Positions 1 to 10,575 of a stretch of DNA of 64,000 nt are shown piece after piece; within the stretch, counting starts at the first letter, position 1; every line of letters starts with the position of its first letter. A program made the position numbers and the translations under genes. The notes under the pieces were generated by a model. It did no database searches and was not told the origin of the DNA. It saw only the letters and a list, made by a program, of their open reading frames with translations. This DNA is from an uncultured delta proteobacterium (GTDB lineage: Bacteria > Desulfobacterota > Binatia > UBA9968), in NCBI GenBank assembly GCA_963804165.1, contig CAWDPO010000015.1:96001-160000 (forward strand), written 5' to 3'.

Positions 1-2
1 GT

Positions 3-2387
3 GTGCCTTATCATGCGGCCGATCCGTATATTCAAAAATTGCTCGAGGCGGGTCACAAAGTGGCAGTTTGCGAGCAGATGGAAGATCCCGCGAGCGCGAA
101 GGGCATCGTCAAACGGGAAGTGGTGCGGGTGATTACCCCCGGGACGATCACCGCCGCAGAAGCGCTCGATGCTCGAGGCAATAATTTCTTGGCTGCAATA
201 TGCCATGGCCAAAGCGGCTTCGGATTGGCTTTCAGCGATGTCACCACTGGCGAATTTCGCTTTACAGAGGTCGCCGACGAAGTGGCGCTCTTGGACGAGC
301 TCGGCCGCATCCATCCGAGCGAGCTTTTGATCGCGAACCGCGACGGCCGCCTGCGCGAGCGGCTCTACAAGGAATATCCGCTCATTCATTTCACTTCGGT
401 GGGTGACGAGCTGTTCAGCGACACGGCGAGTAGGCGAGTGGCAGCGAAGAGCGCCGCCGGCACGCAAGAGTTAGTCGACGGTCTGGGTGCCGCATCGGCA
501 ATCTTGGGCTACCTGGAGGCGAACGCGGCTGAGTCGCTGAAGCTGATCGGCGACCTAGAACCGTACCGGGTGTCCAACTACCTCGTATTGGATGAGACGA
601 CACGGTCGAATCTCGAGCTCATCACCAATTATCAAGGTGATCGGCACGGCTCCTTGCTGACCATCCTCGATTGCACGTTGACTTCGATTGGCGCGCGCCG
701 ACTGCGCCGTTGGCTATTGTATCCCTTGCTTGATCCGAAGGAGATCGGCGCGCGTTATGATGGCGTGCAAGAGCTGGTTGACGGCTTCTCCTTTCGTCAA
801 GAATTGAAAGCCGGATTGGCGAAGATTCAAGATCTCGAAAGGCTGGCGGGTAGAGTTGTCTCCGGCAGCGCTCTACCCAAGGATCTGGTCGCCATCAAGG
901 AAACGTTGCGTGCGGTAAATGAGATTCAAACGCAGCTCGCGGGCGTCCGGGCGGCACTTCTAGCGCGCATTCGCGGCGATTTGGCCAACCTTCCGGAGGT
1001 TGTCGATCTAATCGATCGCGCCATTGTCGATGATCCGCCGTTTTCGCTCAAAGACGGCGGCTTTATACGCACCGGGTTCAACGCCGAGTTGGATGAGATT
1101 CGCGCTATTCGCACGCATGCGAAGGAGTGGATCCGGCAATTTGAAGCCGGTGAGCGGCGGCGCACCGGCATAAATTCGCTCAAGGTGCGTTACAACCGCG
1201 TGTTCGGCTATTACCTCGAAGTGACTAATTCGCATCTGAAGTCGGTGCCGACAGATTATTTGCGCAAGCAAACGTTGGCCAATGGCGAGCGCTACATCAC
1301 GCCGGAGCTCAAAGAGTACGAAGCTAAAGTGCTCAACTCGGAAAGCCTGATGGAGAAACTCGAGGGCGCTATCCTAACGCGGGTGCGCGAACAAATCGCA
1401 GCCCACTATCCGGCATTGAAGAACGTCAGCGACGCATTGGCGGACTTGGATGTGTTGGTTTCTCTAGCGGAAGTCGCTGAGGCGCGCCATCTCGTCCGGC
1501 CCGAAATCGACGCCGGAGCGTGCTTATCGATTCGCGAAGGGCGCCATCCAGTCGTCGAAGCCGCTGTCGGCCGCGGCGCGTTTGTCCCCAATGACTGTTT
1601 GATCGATCCCGAGTCTCAACAGATCATCCTTCTCACCGGACCGAATATGGCCGGTAAATCGACGTATATGCGCCAGGTGGCGCTGATCGTGATCCTCGCG
1701 CAGATGGGCAGCTTCGTACCTTGCGCCGAGGCGCGCATCGGCATCGTCGATCGGATCTTTACGCGCATCGGCGCCAACGACTCGCTGGCGCGCGGCGAAT
1801 CCACTTTCATGGTGGAGATGAAGGAGACCGCGAATATTCTGCGCCATGCAACCGCCCGGAGCTTGATCCTGCTCGACGAAGTGGGCCGCGGCACCAGTAC
1901 TTTCGACGGTATTTCGATCGCGTGGGCCGTCGCCGAATCACTGCACGACGTCGAGTGTAGGCCCCGGACGCTTTTTGCCACGCACTATCACGAGCTCACC
2001 GATTTGGCGCAGTCGAAGGAGCGGCTCAAAAACTATAACTTCGCCGTCAAGGAATGGCGCGGTGAAATTATTTTTTTGCGCAATCTAGTCGAGGGAGCGG
2101 CGAGCCACAGCTACGGGATTCATGTGGCGCGCCTGGCCGGGATGCCAGCGAATATTATCGCCCGCGCCAAAGAGATCCTCGCTCGACTTGAAGGCAGTCA
2201 TGACCGCAAGGTGGACGATTTCGAGTTGGGCGGCCGAACCGCCAGCGGCGCGCCGACGCAAATGGGTCTATTCAATTCCGCTGACGATGTTTTGCGCGAC
2301 CGCTTGAGTCGTTTGGAGCTGTCCAGCATGACACCCATCGACGCGATGAACGTGCTTTATCAGTTGACCGAAGAGGCAAAAAAATGA
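3..2387 (+). CDS. mutS: DNA mismatch repair protein MutS (5' truncated by window edge)
   Basis: TGPNMAGKSTYMRQ Walker A, GESTFMVEM, DEVGRGTST, FATHYHEL and SYGIHVARLAG MutS motifs. Confidence 0.98.
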   Translation: MPYHAADPYIQKLLEAGHKVAVCEQMEDPASAKGIVKREVVRVITPGTITAAEALDARGNNFLAAICHGQSGFGLAFSDVTTGEFRFTEVADEVALLDELGRIHPSELLIANRDGRLRERLYKEYPLIHFTSVGDELFSDTASRRVAAKSAAGTQELVDGLGAASAILGYLEANAAESLKLIGDLEPYRVSNYLVLDETTRSNLELITNYQGDRHGSLLTILDCTLTSIGARRLRRWLLYPLLDPKEIGARYDGVQELVDGFSFRQELKAGLAKIQDLERLAGRVVSGSALPKDLVAIKETLRAVNEIQTQLAGVRAALLARIRGDLANLPEVVDLIDRAIVDDPPFSLKDGGFIRTGFNAELDEIRAIRTHAKEWIRQFEAGERRRTGINSLKVRYNRVFGYYLEVTNSHLKSVPTDYLRKQTLANGERYITPELKEYEAKVLNSESLMEKLEGAILTRVREQIAAHYPALKNVSDALADLDVLVSLAEVAEARHLVRPEIDAGACLSIREGRHPVVEAAVGRGAFVPNDCLIDPESQQIILLTGPNMAGKSTYMRQVALIVILAQMGSFVPCAEARIGIVDRIFTRIGANDSLARGESTFMVEMKETANILRHATARSLILLDEVGRGTSTFDGISIAWAVAESLHDVECRPRTLFATHYHELTDLAQSKERLKNYNFAVKEWRGEIIFLRNLVEGAASHSYGIHVARLAGMPANIIARAKEILARLEGSHDRKVDDFELGGRTASGAPTQMGLFNSADDVLRDRLSRLELSSMTPIDAMNVLYQLTEEAKK

Positions 2388-3781
2388 TGTGTCCGAAGGC
2401 GGGTGCTCTGATGAAACAAAGAATGATTTATCATTTAGCTGGTTTGGGTCTGCTCGCGATGGCGACGTCGTCGCCGCTCATATTCCCAGTTTTGGCGCAG
2501 AATCAGAAGACGGGCCCGATGACAGAGCAGGGTGAAGCTGGAACTTCGACGATCCAGGCAAGACCGAACGACATGGAGCCGGTTGCAAACGGCGATCCTT
2601 CCAAGAGCGTAGAAGAAGAGAAACCAAGCCCCGGACCGTCTTCCGACAAGGTCCAAGTGACGGCCCTGCGTTTTTTATCCTGGAACGGTTACACGCGGAT
2701 CATGCTGGATCTGTCGCGGGAAACGCAATATCAAGTGCGCCGTCTAAAGGAGGATCCGGCGAAGGGAATGCCACCGCGAATTTATATCGACATCCTTGGC
2801 GCGCGGTTGGCGCTCACGTCCAAGGAACCGGTGCCGGTCGACGATGGACTTCTGCGTCAAGTCCGTCTGGGCCAGTACAGCGGCGACATCGTGCGTGTGG
2901 TGCTGGATATGAATAGCGTTCGCGATCACAATGCTTTCCTTCTCGCCGACCCTGATCGCCTGGTGATCGACGTTTACGGATCGAAGGCTCAAGAGCGCAT
3001 AGCGGTCAGGGAATTGTCTGCGACATCAGCATCGAGCGGACGCAAAGTTACGGCGAAAGTAAGCAATCCGAGCGCTCCGCCACAGGCGAGTTCTGGCCTG
3101 AGAAAGATCGTATTGGATCCGGGTCACGGCGGCAAAGATCCGGGCGCGGTGGGTCCGGGCGGGATAACGGAAAAAGACATCGCGCTCGCCGTCGCTAAAA
3201 AGTTAGCCGCGAAGCTGAAGAACGAAATGGGCATTCAGGTGGTCTTGACGCGCAAAGACGACCGCTTTATTGCGCTGGAAGATCGAACGGACCTGGCGAA
3301 TAAAGAAAACGCTGACCTGTTTATCTCGCTGCACGTGAACGCCAGCCCGAACGTCGAGGCCAAAGGCATCGAGACCTATTATCTCGACAATACGACTGAC
3401 GAAGCCGCGATCCGGCTGGCCGCCCGGGAGAACGCCACTTCACGCAAGAATATCTCTGATTTACAATTCATCTTGAGCGACATGACCCAAAATGTGAAGC
3501 TCGAGGACTCGATCACCTTGGCCCACCGCATACAAAATTCACTGGTGAGCGGGATGGCTAAAGTCATGGGCGACGTTAGAGACTTGGGCGTGAAGAAAGC
3601 GCTCTTTTACGTTCTTGTCGGCGCGCGCATGCCGAGCGTCTTGGTGGAGATGTTCTTTATCACCAACCGCAGCGAAGGCCGCGCCATGAGCCAGGGTAGC
3701 TATCAAGACGCCATGGTCGAGGCGCTTTTTGAAGGCATTCAAAAATTTAGTCAATCCAACCTGATCGCCAAGACGCTTTAG
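2384..3781 (+). CDS. amiC: N-acetylmuramoyl-L-alanine amidase with AMIN domain (AmiC-like)
   Basis: Signal peptide, AMIN-like segments (PPRIYIDI, PDRLVIDV), Amidase_3 motifs LDPGHGGKDPGA, FISLHVNAS, PSVLVE. Confidence 0.92.
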   Translation: MMCPKAGALMKQRMIYHLAGLGLLAMATSSPLIFPVLAQNQKTGPMTEQGEAGTSTIQARPNDMEPVANGDPSKSVEEEKPSPGPSSDKVQVTALRFLSWNGYTRIMLDLSRETQYQVRRLKEDPAKGMPPRIYIDILGARLALTSKEPVPVDDGLLRQVRLGQYSGDIVRVVLDMNSVRDHNAFLLADPDRLVIDVYGSKAQERIAVRELSATSASSGRKVTAKVSNPSAPPQASSGLRKIVLDPGHGGKDPGAVGPGGITEKDIALAVAKKLAAKLKNEMGIQVVLTRKDDRFIALEDRTDLANKENADLFISLHVNASPNVEAKGIETYYLDNTTDEAAIRLAARENATSRKNISDLQFILSDMTQNVKLEDSITLAHRIQNSLVSGMAKVMGDVRDLGVKKALFYVLVGARMPSVLVEMFFITNRSEGRAMSQGSYQDAMVEALFEGIQKFSQSNLIAKTL

Positions 3782-3794
3782 GGACACCTTATCC

Positions 3795-6512
3795 ATGGAT
3801 GCGGTTGCCATCTCGCTTGCGCTGCTCGAAGAAGTACAGGCCGATCATCACCTCAAACGGGTGACACGCCAATACGTCGACCATGGCCGGCGAATGCTAT
3901 TTGACAGACACCGCGCGGGTGCGGCTGGGTTGGAGGTCGTCTCGGCCTGGTCCACTGTGATGGATCACTTGATTCGGCATTTGTTCGCAGCCATCAGTGC
4001 GGAATACAAAAATCAGTTTCCCGCGCCGAACCGGCGTTTTGCTCTTGTCGCCCAGGGAGGCTACGGGCGCGGCGAGCTCAACCCCCAATCGGACATCGAT
4101 CTGTTGTTTCTGTACGGCTGGAAAGTTTCACCGTTTGTCGAAACCGTCACCGAAAAGTTGCTTTATACGCTATGGGACGCGGCGCTGCAGGTAGGCCATG
4201 CCACCCGGAGCATCAGCGAATGCGTGAGGTTGGCGGCGAGTGACATGAAAGTACGTACGTCACTTCTGGATGCGCGATTTCTCTGCGGGGACTATGCGCT
4301 CTACGAAGACTTTGAAAAGAGGGTGGAGTCGCGCCTCGTTACAAAAGGGGTGAAACGGTTCATTCGCGAGAAGCTCGAAGAGAACCGCGCGCGCCACGAA
4401 CAGTTCGGCGGTTCGGTTTATCTGCTTGAGCCCGAAGTCAAAGAAGGAGAGGGAGGGCTTAGAGATATTCAGACGGCGCGGTGGATTGCGCGCGCTAAGC
4501 TCCGAGTCAAGGATTTGGACGCGCTCGCGCTCAGCGGCGTCGTCAGCGCGACGGATATCGCGCACGTGAAAGAGTCCCAGGATTTTTTGCTGCGGGTGCG
4601 CAACGAGCTGCACTTCTCGACCGGCAAACACCAGGACCAGTTGACCTTTGAACATCAAGAAAAGGTGAGTTCGGCGTTGGGTTTCGAAGGCGAGGGCACA
4701 TTGCGCGGGGTGGAGGTGTTTATGCGCAGCTATTATCTCCACGCAGCCCAGATCAACCGACTTTCCGAGCTTATCGTGCACCGCGTCACCGATTGCGACA
4801 AGCCGCGCTTCGGCGCTGCATACGTATTTGGCCGCACGCTACGCGAAGGGATTCGCCTCTCGAAAGGCCACCTGACGGTCACCAAGCCCGAGGTTCTCAG
4901 AACCAGTCCGGAAAACCTCATCCGCGTCTTCGACGACGCGCAGAAATACAACTGTCGACTCACCCATGAAACCCGCGAACTATTGCGCCAGAATTTAGAC
5001 TTGATCGACGATGATTTTCGCCGCTCGGCGGAGGCCAACGCGCCGTTCTTTAGTATCCTTAAATGGAAGGAATCGGTTTACGAAACGTTACTGGAAATGC
5101 ACCGCGCCGGCGTGTTGAGTGCGTTTATTCCGGAATTCGGCCGGCTTCTTTGCATGGTGCTGCACGACGCCTATCATATTTACACCGTCGATCAACATTC
5201 CCTGCGTCTGATCAAAGAGATCGAACAGCTCAAAGCCGGCGACTACGCCGAAACCTCGCCGTTGCTGACGCAGTTGGCGCGCGAAGCCGAAGAGATCGAG
5301 CTACTCTATCTCGGCCTGATGTTCCATGACATCGGCAAAGGCTTCGGCGGCGGCCATTCGGAAATCGGTGCGCGCATGGTGCGGACGATCGCGCGGCGCA
5401 TGCGCTTGAACGCCGACGCGGGTGCCTTGGTTGAGTTTCTCGTGCGCCACCACCTGCTGATGACCCACACGGCCTTTCGCCGCGATTTGGAGGATGAGAA
5501 AACAATTTTTGACTTCACTAAAGTCATGGGCAGCGTGGGCAATCTGAAAATGCTTTACTTGCTCACGTTTGCCGATGTCAAAGCCGTGGGCCCCGAAGTT
5601 TGGAATCCTTGGAAAGCGTCGCTGTTGGGTGAGCTCTATGTAAAAGCATTGCATCTCCTGGAGGAAGCGGAAAAGGGTGAAGTCCACCGCGAGGACGTCC
5701 GCGGCGCGTTGCGCCGCGTTCAGACGAGAGTGCGGCGCCAGTTATTGAAGGAGTATGAAGAAGACAAGGTTGATGAGTTTTTGGCAGTCATGCCGGAACG
5801 ATATTTTCTATCGACGCCCGAGGAGGACATCCCCGAACATTTTAAGTTGATGGACCGCTTCCGCGGCAAGAGGGCGGAATTGTCGGTCGAGCATTTTTCG
5901 GAGCGCGACTGCACTGCGGTCGTCATTTGCTGCCAGGACCGTCCGGGTTTGTTCGCGTCCATCACGGGCGTTTTTTCTGCGCTCAATTTCGATATTCTTA
6001 ACGCGAGGATTTTTACGGCCAGTGATGGGCGGATTCTTGACGTGTTTCGAATTTCCCATCACGGACGCGCTGAGATCGTCACGGCGGAACAAAAGTGGTT
6101 AAAATTTCGCGCTGTGTTGGACGGCGTGTTGGACGGCAAAATCGATATTGCTCGCTTGGTGGGATCGTTCAAGCCTTCGCTGTTATTTCAGAAACGGACC
6201 CCGAAGGTACCGACGGCAATCAATATCGACAATGACGCGTCCGATGATTTTACGATCGTCGAGGTGTTCACGGAGGATCGCATCGGCGTTCTGTTTACGA
6301 TTACCTACAGCTTACACCAGCTCGGATTGTCGATTCATGTGGCGAAAATCTCGACCAACGTGGATCAAGTGGCCGATGTATTCTACGTGACCGATGAAGC
6401 CGGCGGGAAGATTGCCGATCCCGAACAGGTCTCGATCATCCGTAAATCCCTGCATCAGAATTTGACGCCGCAAAATGAAACCAGCGAAAGACTTGCTGAG
6501 CCCCTCCATTGA
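3795..6512 (+). CDS. glnD: [Protein-PII] uridylyltransferase/uridylyl-removing enzyme
   Basis: AQGGYGRGELNPQSDIDLL nucleotidyltransferase motif, KEGEGGLRD, HD domain (YTVDQH...FHDIGKG), two C-terminal ACT domains. Confidence 0.97.
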   Translation: MDAVAISLALLEEVQADHHLKRVTRQYVDHGRRMLFDRHRAGAAGLEVVSAWSTVMDHLIRHLFAAISAEYKNQFPAPNRRFALVAQGGYGRGELNPQSDIDLLFLYGWKVSPFVETVTEKLLYTLWDAALQVGHATRSISECVRLAASDMKVRTSLLDARFLCGDYALYEDFEKRVESRLVTKGVKRFIREKLEENRARHEQFGGSVYLLEPEVKEGEGGLRDIQTARWIARAKLRVKDLDALALSGVVSATDIAHVKESQDFLLRVRNELHFSTGKHQDQLTFEHQEKVSSALGFEGEGTLRGVEVFMRSYYLHAAQINRLSELIVHRVTDCDKPRFGAAYVFGRTLREGIRLSKGHLTVTKPEVLRTSPENLIRVFDDAQKYNCRLTHETRELLRQNLDLIDDDFRRSAEANAPFFSILKWKESVYETLLEMHRAGVLSAFIPEFGRLLCMVLHDAYHIYTVDQHSLRLIKEIEQLKAGDYAETSPLLTQLAREAEEIELLYLGLMFHDIGKGFGGGHSEIGARMVRTIARRMRLNADAGALVEFLVRHHLLMTHTAFRRDLEDEKTIFDFTKVMGSVGNLKMLYLLTFADVKAVGPEVWNPWKASLLGELYVKALHLLEEAEKGEVHREDVRGALRRVQTRVRRQLLKEYEEDKVDEFLAVMPERYFLSTPEEDIPEHFKLMDRFRGKRAELSVEHFSERDCTAVVICCQDRPGLFASITGVFSALNFDILNARIFTASDGRILDVFRISHHGRAEIVTAEQKWLKFRAVLDGVLDGKIDIARLVGSFKPSLLFQKRTPKVPTAINIDNDASDDFTIVEVFTEDRIGVLFTITYSLHQLGLSIHVAKISTNVDQVADVFYVTDEAGGKIADPEQVSIIRKSLHQNLTPQNETSERLAEPLH

Positions 6513-7407
6513 CCGCTTCCTCGCGATGGTGACCGTGGAAAAGGGCCTCGCCAGGAATACGGTCGAGGCTTACGGGCGCGATCTAGCCAAGCTGCTGGAC
6601 TACCTCGACTCGGCAAAAATATCGTGTTGGACTGATGTCGATTCGACCCGGATTCGCGCTTTTCTGGGCTCTCTTCGCGCCGCGGGCCTGAGTCCGCGAA
6701 GCATCGCCCGCCATGCGGTGACCGTGAGGCGGTTGTTCGCCTTTCTCGAAAGCGAAGGGCTGGCCAAAGAAAATTCCATGCCGCACGTTTTGTCGCCGAC
6801 GACGTCGAGAAAGCTACCGCACACATTATCCGGCGATGATGTTCGCAAATTGCTGGCCCAGCCGGATTCATCGGAGGTTCTGGGCGCCCGTGACCAGGCG
6901 ATGTTGGAACTGCTGTATGCCACAGGCTTGCGTGTGTCGGAACTCGTCGCAATCGAGACCCGGCAGATCAATTTCCAAGGGGATTACGTTACTGTTAGAG
7001 GAAAGGGCGCTAAAGTCAGGGCCGTGCCGTTCGGCAGATGGGCGCGGGAAAAACTGACGATGTATGTCAAGGACGTAAGGCCAAGACTTTTGAAGGGAAA
7101 AGTCAGCGCTTTTGTCTTTACGAACCGTTCGGGCAAACGTCTAAGCAGGCAAGGATTTTGGAAACTGATCCGCCGATACGCGCTCATGGCCGGGATCGAC
7201 AAGCCGGTAACACCGCATACGATGCGTCATTCGTTCGCAACGCACCTACTCGAGGGCGGTGCGGATCTGCGATCGGTGCAATCGATGTTGGGGCATGCAG
7301 ATATCTCAACGACGCAAATCTATACCCATGTCGACGGCGCGCGTCTTAAAAAGGTGCATCGAGAGCATCATCCGCGAGAACGAGGAACTATAAAAAAACA
7401 AGCGTAA
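6475..7407 (+). CDS. xerD: Site-specific tyrosine recombinase XerD
   Basis: EKGLARNTVEAY N-terminus, LLYATGLRVSEL, SRQGFWK, TPHTMRHSFATHLLEGGADLRSVQSMLGHADISTTQIYTHV, C-terminal HHPR. Confidence 0.93.
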   Translation: MKPAKDLLSPSIDRFLAMVTVEKGLARNTVEAYGRDLAKLLDYLDSAKISCWTDVDSTRIRAFLGSLRAAGLSPRSIARHAVTVRRLFAFLESEGLAKENSMPHVLSPTTSRKLPHTLSGDDVRKLLAQPDSSEVLGARDQAMLELLYATGLRVSELVAIETRQINFQGDYVTVRGKGAKVRAVPFGRWAREKLTMYVKDVRPRLLKGKVSAFVFTNRSGKRLSRQGFWKLIRRYALMAGIDKPVTPHTMRHSFATHLLEGGADLRSVQSMLGHADISTTQIYTHVDGARLKKVHREHHPRERGTIKKQA

Positions 7408-7429
7408 GATGGAGGACTGGAGCGAGGGA

Positions 7430-7489
7430 GTAGGGGTGATCCCCCTGTGGTCGCCCCTAACGAGGGCACGCACAGGGGCGTGCCCCTAC
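7430..7489. repeat. GTAG-type REP doublet (inverted pair)
   Basis: GTAGGGGTGATCCCCCTGTGGTCGCCC...GGGCACGCACAGGGGCGTGCCCCTAC; GTAG/CTAC ends with GC-rich imperfect palindromes; related copy at 56855. Confidence 0.7.
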
Positions 7490-7569
7490 ATTTATCCATT
7501 CCGTTTTCGCCTTGTCTTTTCTCCAACCTTGCCGTATTCATATCAAAGTAGCTCTCCCGCAGGACGCTT

Positions 7570-8241
7570 TTGGAAGATACAATCCGTCAAATCGCAATTT
7601 GGGCGCTGCCTGTCTTAGTGGCGGTCGTCTTTCACGAAGTTGCCCATGGGTGGGTGGCAAATTTGCTCGGCGATCCGACCGCCGCCCGGCTTGGCCGGCT
7701 GACGCTCAACCCCATCGCGCATATCGATCTATTCGGCACAATCCTGGTGCCCTTGATGCTGATCGTCGCAAACGCACCGTTCGTATTCGGCTACGCTAAA
7801 CCGGTGCCGGTAAATTTTAATAATTTGCGCCATCCCAAACGCGATATGATCTGGGTGGCGGCGGCCGGGCCCGCGATGAATCTCGTTTTGGCATTCGTTT
7901 GTACGCTTATCTGGAAGTCGCTCGCGCCCATGGTGACTGGGCACGCGGACCAGTCGGGATCGTCCGGCGCGGCCGGTTACCTCGGCGCCGTCGTTTTGAT
8001 GGCTCAGAGCGGGATTTTGATCAACATCGTCCTGGCAGTTTTCAATGCATTTCCGCTGCCTCCGCTCGACGGCGGCCGCGTAATGGTTGGCTTGTTGCCG
8101 CATCCGCTGTCGGTGAAATTGGCGAGAGTAGAGCCATTTGGATTCATCATCCTGATCGTACTCCTGATGACCCGTACTTTGGACTATATCATCGATCCGC
8201 CCACCGAGTTCTTGTTGAAGCTTTACTTAGGAGCATTTTAG
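7570..8241 (+). CDS. Site-2 protease family (M50) membrane metalloprotease
   Basis: HEVAH zinc motif, GRLTLNP, AAAGPAMN and FNAFPLPPLDGGR motifs; TTG start. Confidence 0.93.
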   Translation: MEDTIRQIAIWALPVLVAVVFHEVAHGWVANLLGDPTAARLGRLTLNPIAHIDLFGTILVPLMLIVANAPFVFGYAKPVPVNFNNLRHPKRDMIWVAAAGPAMNLVLAFVCTLIWKSLAPMVTGHADQSGSSGAAGYLGAVVLMAQSGILINIVLAVFNAFPLPPLDGGRVMVGLLPHPLSVKLARVEPFGFIILIVLLMTRTLDYIIDPPTEFLLKLYLGAF

Positions 8242-8253
8242 TTTAGCCAAGTC

Positions 8254-9231
8254 ATGGAAACGATCGTTAGCGGCATGCGCCCGACGGGGCGGCTTCACTT
8301 GGGGCATTTGCATGGCGCGCTCAAGAATTGGTTGAGGCTTCAAGAGCAGTATCAATGTTATTTCTTCGTCGCCGACTGGCATGCGCTGACGACCGATTAC
8401 GCGACCCCGCAGGGCATTCAGCAGAGCACGATAGAAATGGTCATGGATTGGCTGAGCATTGGGCTCGATCCAGCGAAAGCAGTTTTGTTTCGTCAATCGC
8501 GCGTCAAGGAGCATGCCGAGCTCCATCTGCTGTATTCGATGATCACACCGGTGCCGTGGCTCGAACGCAATCCGACGTATAAAGAACAGATCAAAGAGGT
8601 CGTGGGCAAGGATCTCTCCACCTACGGATTTCTCGGCTATCCGGTCTTACAAGCCGCCGATATTACGATTTACAAAGCGAACAAAGTTCCGGTGGGCGTG
8701 GACCAGGCGCCGCATGTCGAGTTGACGCGCGAGATCGTCCGCCGCTTCAATCAGATTTATCAGCCGATTTTCCCGGAGCCGGAAGTATTATTGACGGAAA
8801 CGCAAAAAATGCCCGGCTTGGACGGCCGCAAGATGAGCAAGAGTTACGGCAATGCAGTGTTTCTCTCGGATACGCCGACGGAGATCGATCAGAAGTTGAG
8901 CCGTATGATGACGGATCCGGCGCGGGTAAGACGAAGCGATCCGGGTGAGCCGGAAAAATGTCCGGCGTTTCAACTGCACAAGGTCTACTGTACACCTCAG
9001 GAAATCGATGAGGTTTCGCAAGGCTGCCGGACCGCCGGCATCGGCTGCCTGGATTGCAAGAAAATCATGATCAAGCACGTCATCGATGAGCTCGCGCCGT
9101 TTCGCGAAAAGCGCGCGTATTATCAGGATAAGCCGGGTGAAGTTGAGGCTGTTTTGGCGGCGGGAAATCAGACGGCACAGAAAGCCGCCGCGGCGACGAT
9201 GGACGAAGTGAGAGGAACCTTAGGGCTGTGA
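8254..9231 (+). CDS. trpS: Tryptophan--tRNA ligase
   Basis: SGMRPTGRLHLGH (HIGH-like), YPVLQAADI, VPVGVDQAPH, KMSKS. Confidence 0.97.
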   Translation: METIVSGMRPTGRLHLGHLHGALKNWLRLQEQYQCYFFVADWHALTTDYATPQGIQQSTIEMVMDWLSIGLDPAKAVLFRQSRVKEHAELHLLYSMITPVPWLERNPTYKEQIKEVVGKDLSTYGFLGYPVLQAADITIYKANKVPVGVDQAPHVELTREIVRRFNQIYQPIFPEPEVLLTETQKMPGLDGRKMSKSYGNAVFLSDTPTEIDQKLSRMMTDPARVRRSDPGEPEKCPAFQLHKVYCTPQEIDEVSQGCRTAGIGCLDCKKIMIKHVIDELAPFREKRAYYQDKPGEVEAVLAAGNQTAQKAAAATMDEVRGTLGL

Positions 9232-9998
9232 GCACTCACGTTCAGTTGGAAATTTTCGAGGGGCCGTTGGATCTCTTGCTCCATCTGATCAAGAAGAACG
9301 AAGTCAACATCACCGACATTCCGATCGCGACGATCACCGAGCAGTATTTGGCGACGCTCGATCTCATGCAGACTCTCAGTCTCGACGTCGCCGGCGAGTT
9401 CCTTGTCATGGCGGCGACGCTGATTCACATCAAGTCGCGCATGTTGTTACCTGCGGGGGACGACGAAGCCGATGAAGACGAGGGTGTCGATCCGCGCGAC
9501 GAGCTCGTGCGGCGATTATTGGAGTACCAGCGCTATAAAGACGCGGCCACGGAACTGGAACAGCGCGAGATCCTCACTCGCGACGTGTTTGTTCGTGCCG
9601 CGCCTTCGGTGGAGGAAACCGGCCCGCGTGGATTTCGTGAGGTATCGATTTTTGAATTGCTCGGCGCCTTGAAGCGGGTCATCGAACGATTGCCGAAAGA
9701 CGTCTTCCACGAAGTGACCCTGGACAAAATAACCGTGCGCGAAAAGATGACGCTGCTGCTCGATAAATTGCGCAGCCAGAGTCAAATCCTATTTGAAGCG
9801 CTCTTCGACGACGTGAAAACTCGCATGGAAGTCGTGGTGACGTTTCTCGCCATGCTGGAGCTGGTCAAAGTGCGGGCGGTGCGAATTGTGCAAGAAGAAA
9901 TGGCCGGACCGATTATGATCGAGGCCGCGGCGGGCATGGATGAAGCGGCCGAGCGCGTGGTGCTGGACGAAACCGAGGAAAAACAAGATGGAGCGTGA
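9228..9998 (+). CDS. scpA: Segregation and condensation protein A
   Basis: FEGPLDLLLHLIKK, FLVMAATLIHIKSRMLLP, VVTFLAMLEL. Confidence 0.96.
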   Translation: MSTHVQLEIFEGPLDLLLHLIKKNEVNITDIPIATITEQYLATLDLMQTLSLDVAGEFLVMAATLIHIKSRMLLPAGDDEADEDEGVDPRDELVRRLLEYQRYKDAATELEQREILTRDVFVRAAPSVEETGPRGFREVSIFELLGALKRVIERLPKDVFHEVTLDKITVREKMTLLLDKLRSQSQILFEALFDDVKTRMEVVVTFLAMLELVKVRAVRIVQEEMAGPIMIEAAAGMDEAAERVVLDETEEKQDGA

Positions 9999-10563
9999 TG
10001 AAATAAAATCCGTCCTGGAGAGTCTTCTGTTTGTCGCGGACGGGCCGCAGTCAATTCAGCGTCTCGCCGAGGTGCTCGATCAAGTCGACCGAGAAACCAT
10101 TGAGATACTGCTTAGGGAATTACAGAATGACTCCAAAGCGCAGAACCGCGGGATTCGTTTGGTGGAGGTCGCCGGTGGATATCAGTTGCGTACGCCGAAA
10201 TCGAATTCGGAGGCGGTCAAAAAATTTCTCGGCGGGCGGCCCGCCCGGATGGGTAAAGCGACGCTCGAAACCCTGGCGATCATCGCCTATCGCCAGCCGA
10301 TCACTAAGGCCGAAATCGAAGCCATCCGCGGCGTTGACGTCGACGGCGTGATCACTACCTTATTGGAACGTAATTTGATCCGCGCGGTGGCGCGTAAAGA
10401 TGTTCCGGGCCGGCCTTTTCTCTACGGCACGACGCCCGAGTTCCTACAGCTTTTTAATATGAAGGATCTCTCTCAATTGCCCACCCTCAAAGAGATGGAT
10501 GAAATCTCGCTGCCAGAAATTCCCGGCGACACGATTGCCATCGACCAGCTCGAAGAAAGCTGA
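9988..10563 (+). CDS. scpB: Segregation and condensation protein B
   Basis: LESLLFV, VAGGYQLRT, LETLAIIAYRQPITKAEIEAIRGV, PGRPFLYGTT; ATG at 9988 overlapping scpA end. Confidence 0.96.
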   Translation: MERDEIKSVLESLLFVADGPQSIQRLAEVLDQVDRETIEILLRELQNDSKAQNRGIRLVEVAGGYQLRTPKSNSEAVKKFLGGRPARMGKATLETLAIIAYRQPITKAEIEAIRGVDVDGVITTLLERNLIRAVARKDVPGRPFLYGTTPEFLQLFNMKDLSQLPTLKEMDEISLPEIPGDTIAIDQLEES

Positions 10564-10575
10564 TGGCGCTGAGCT

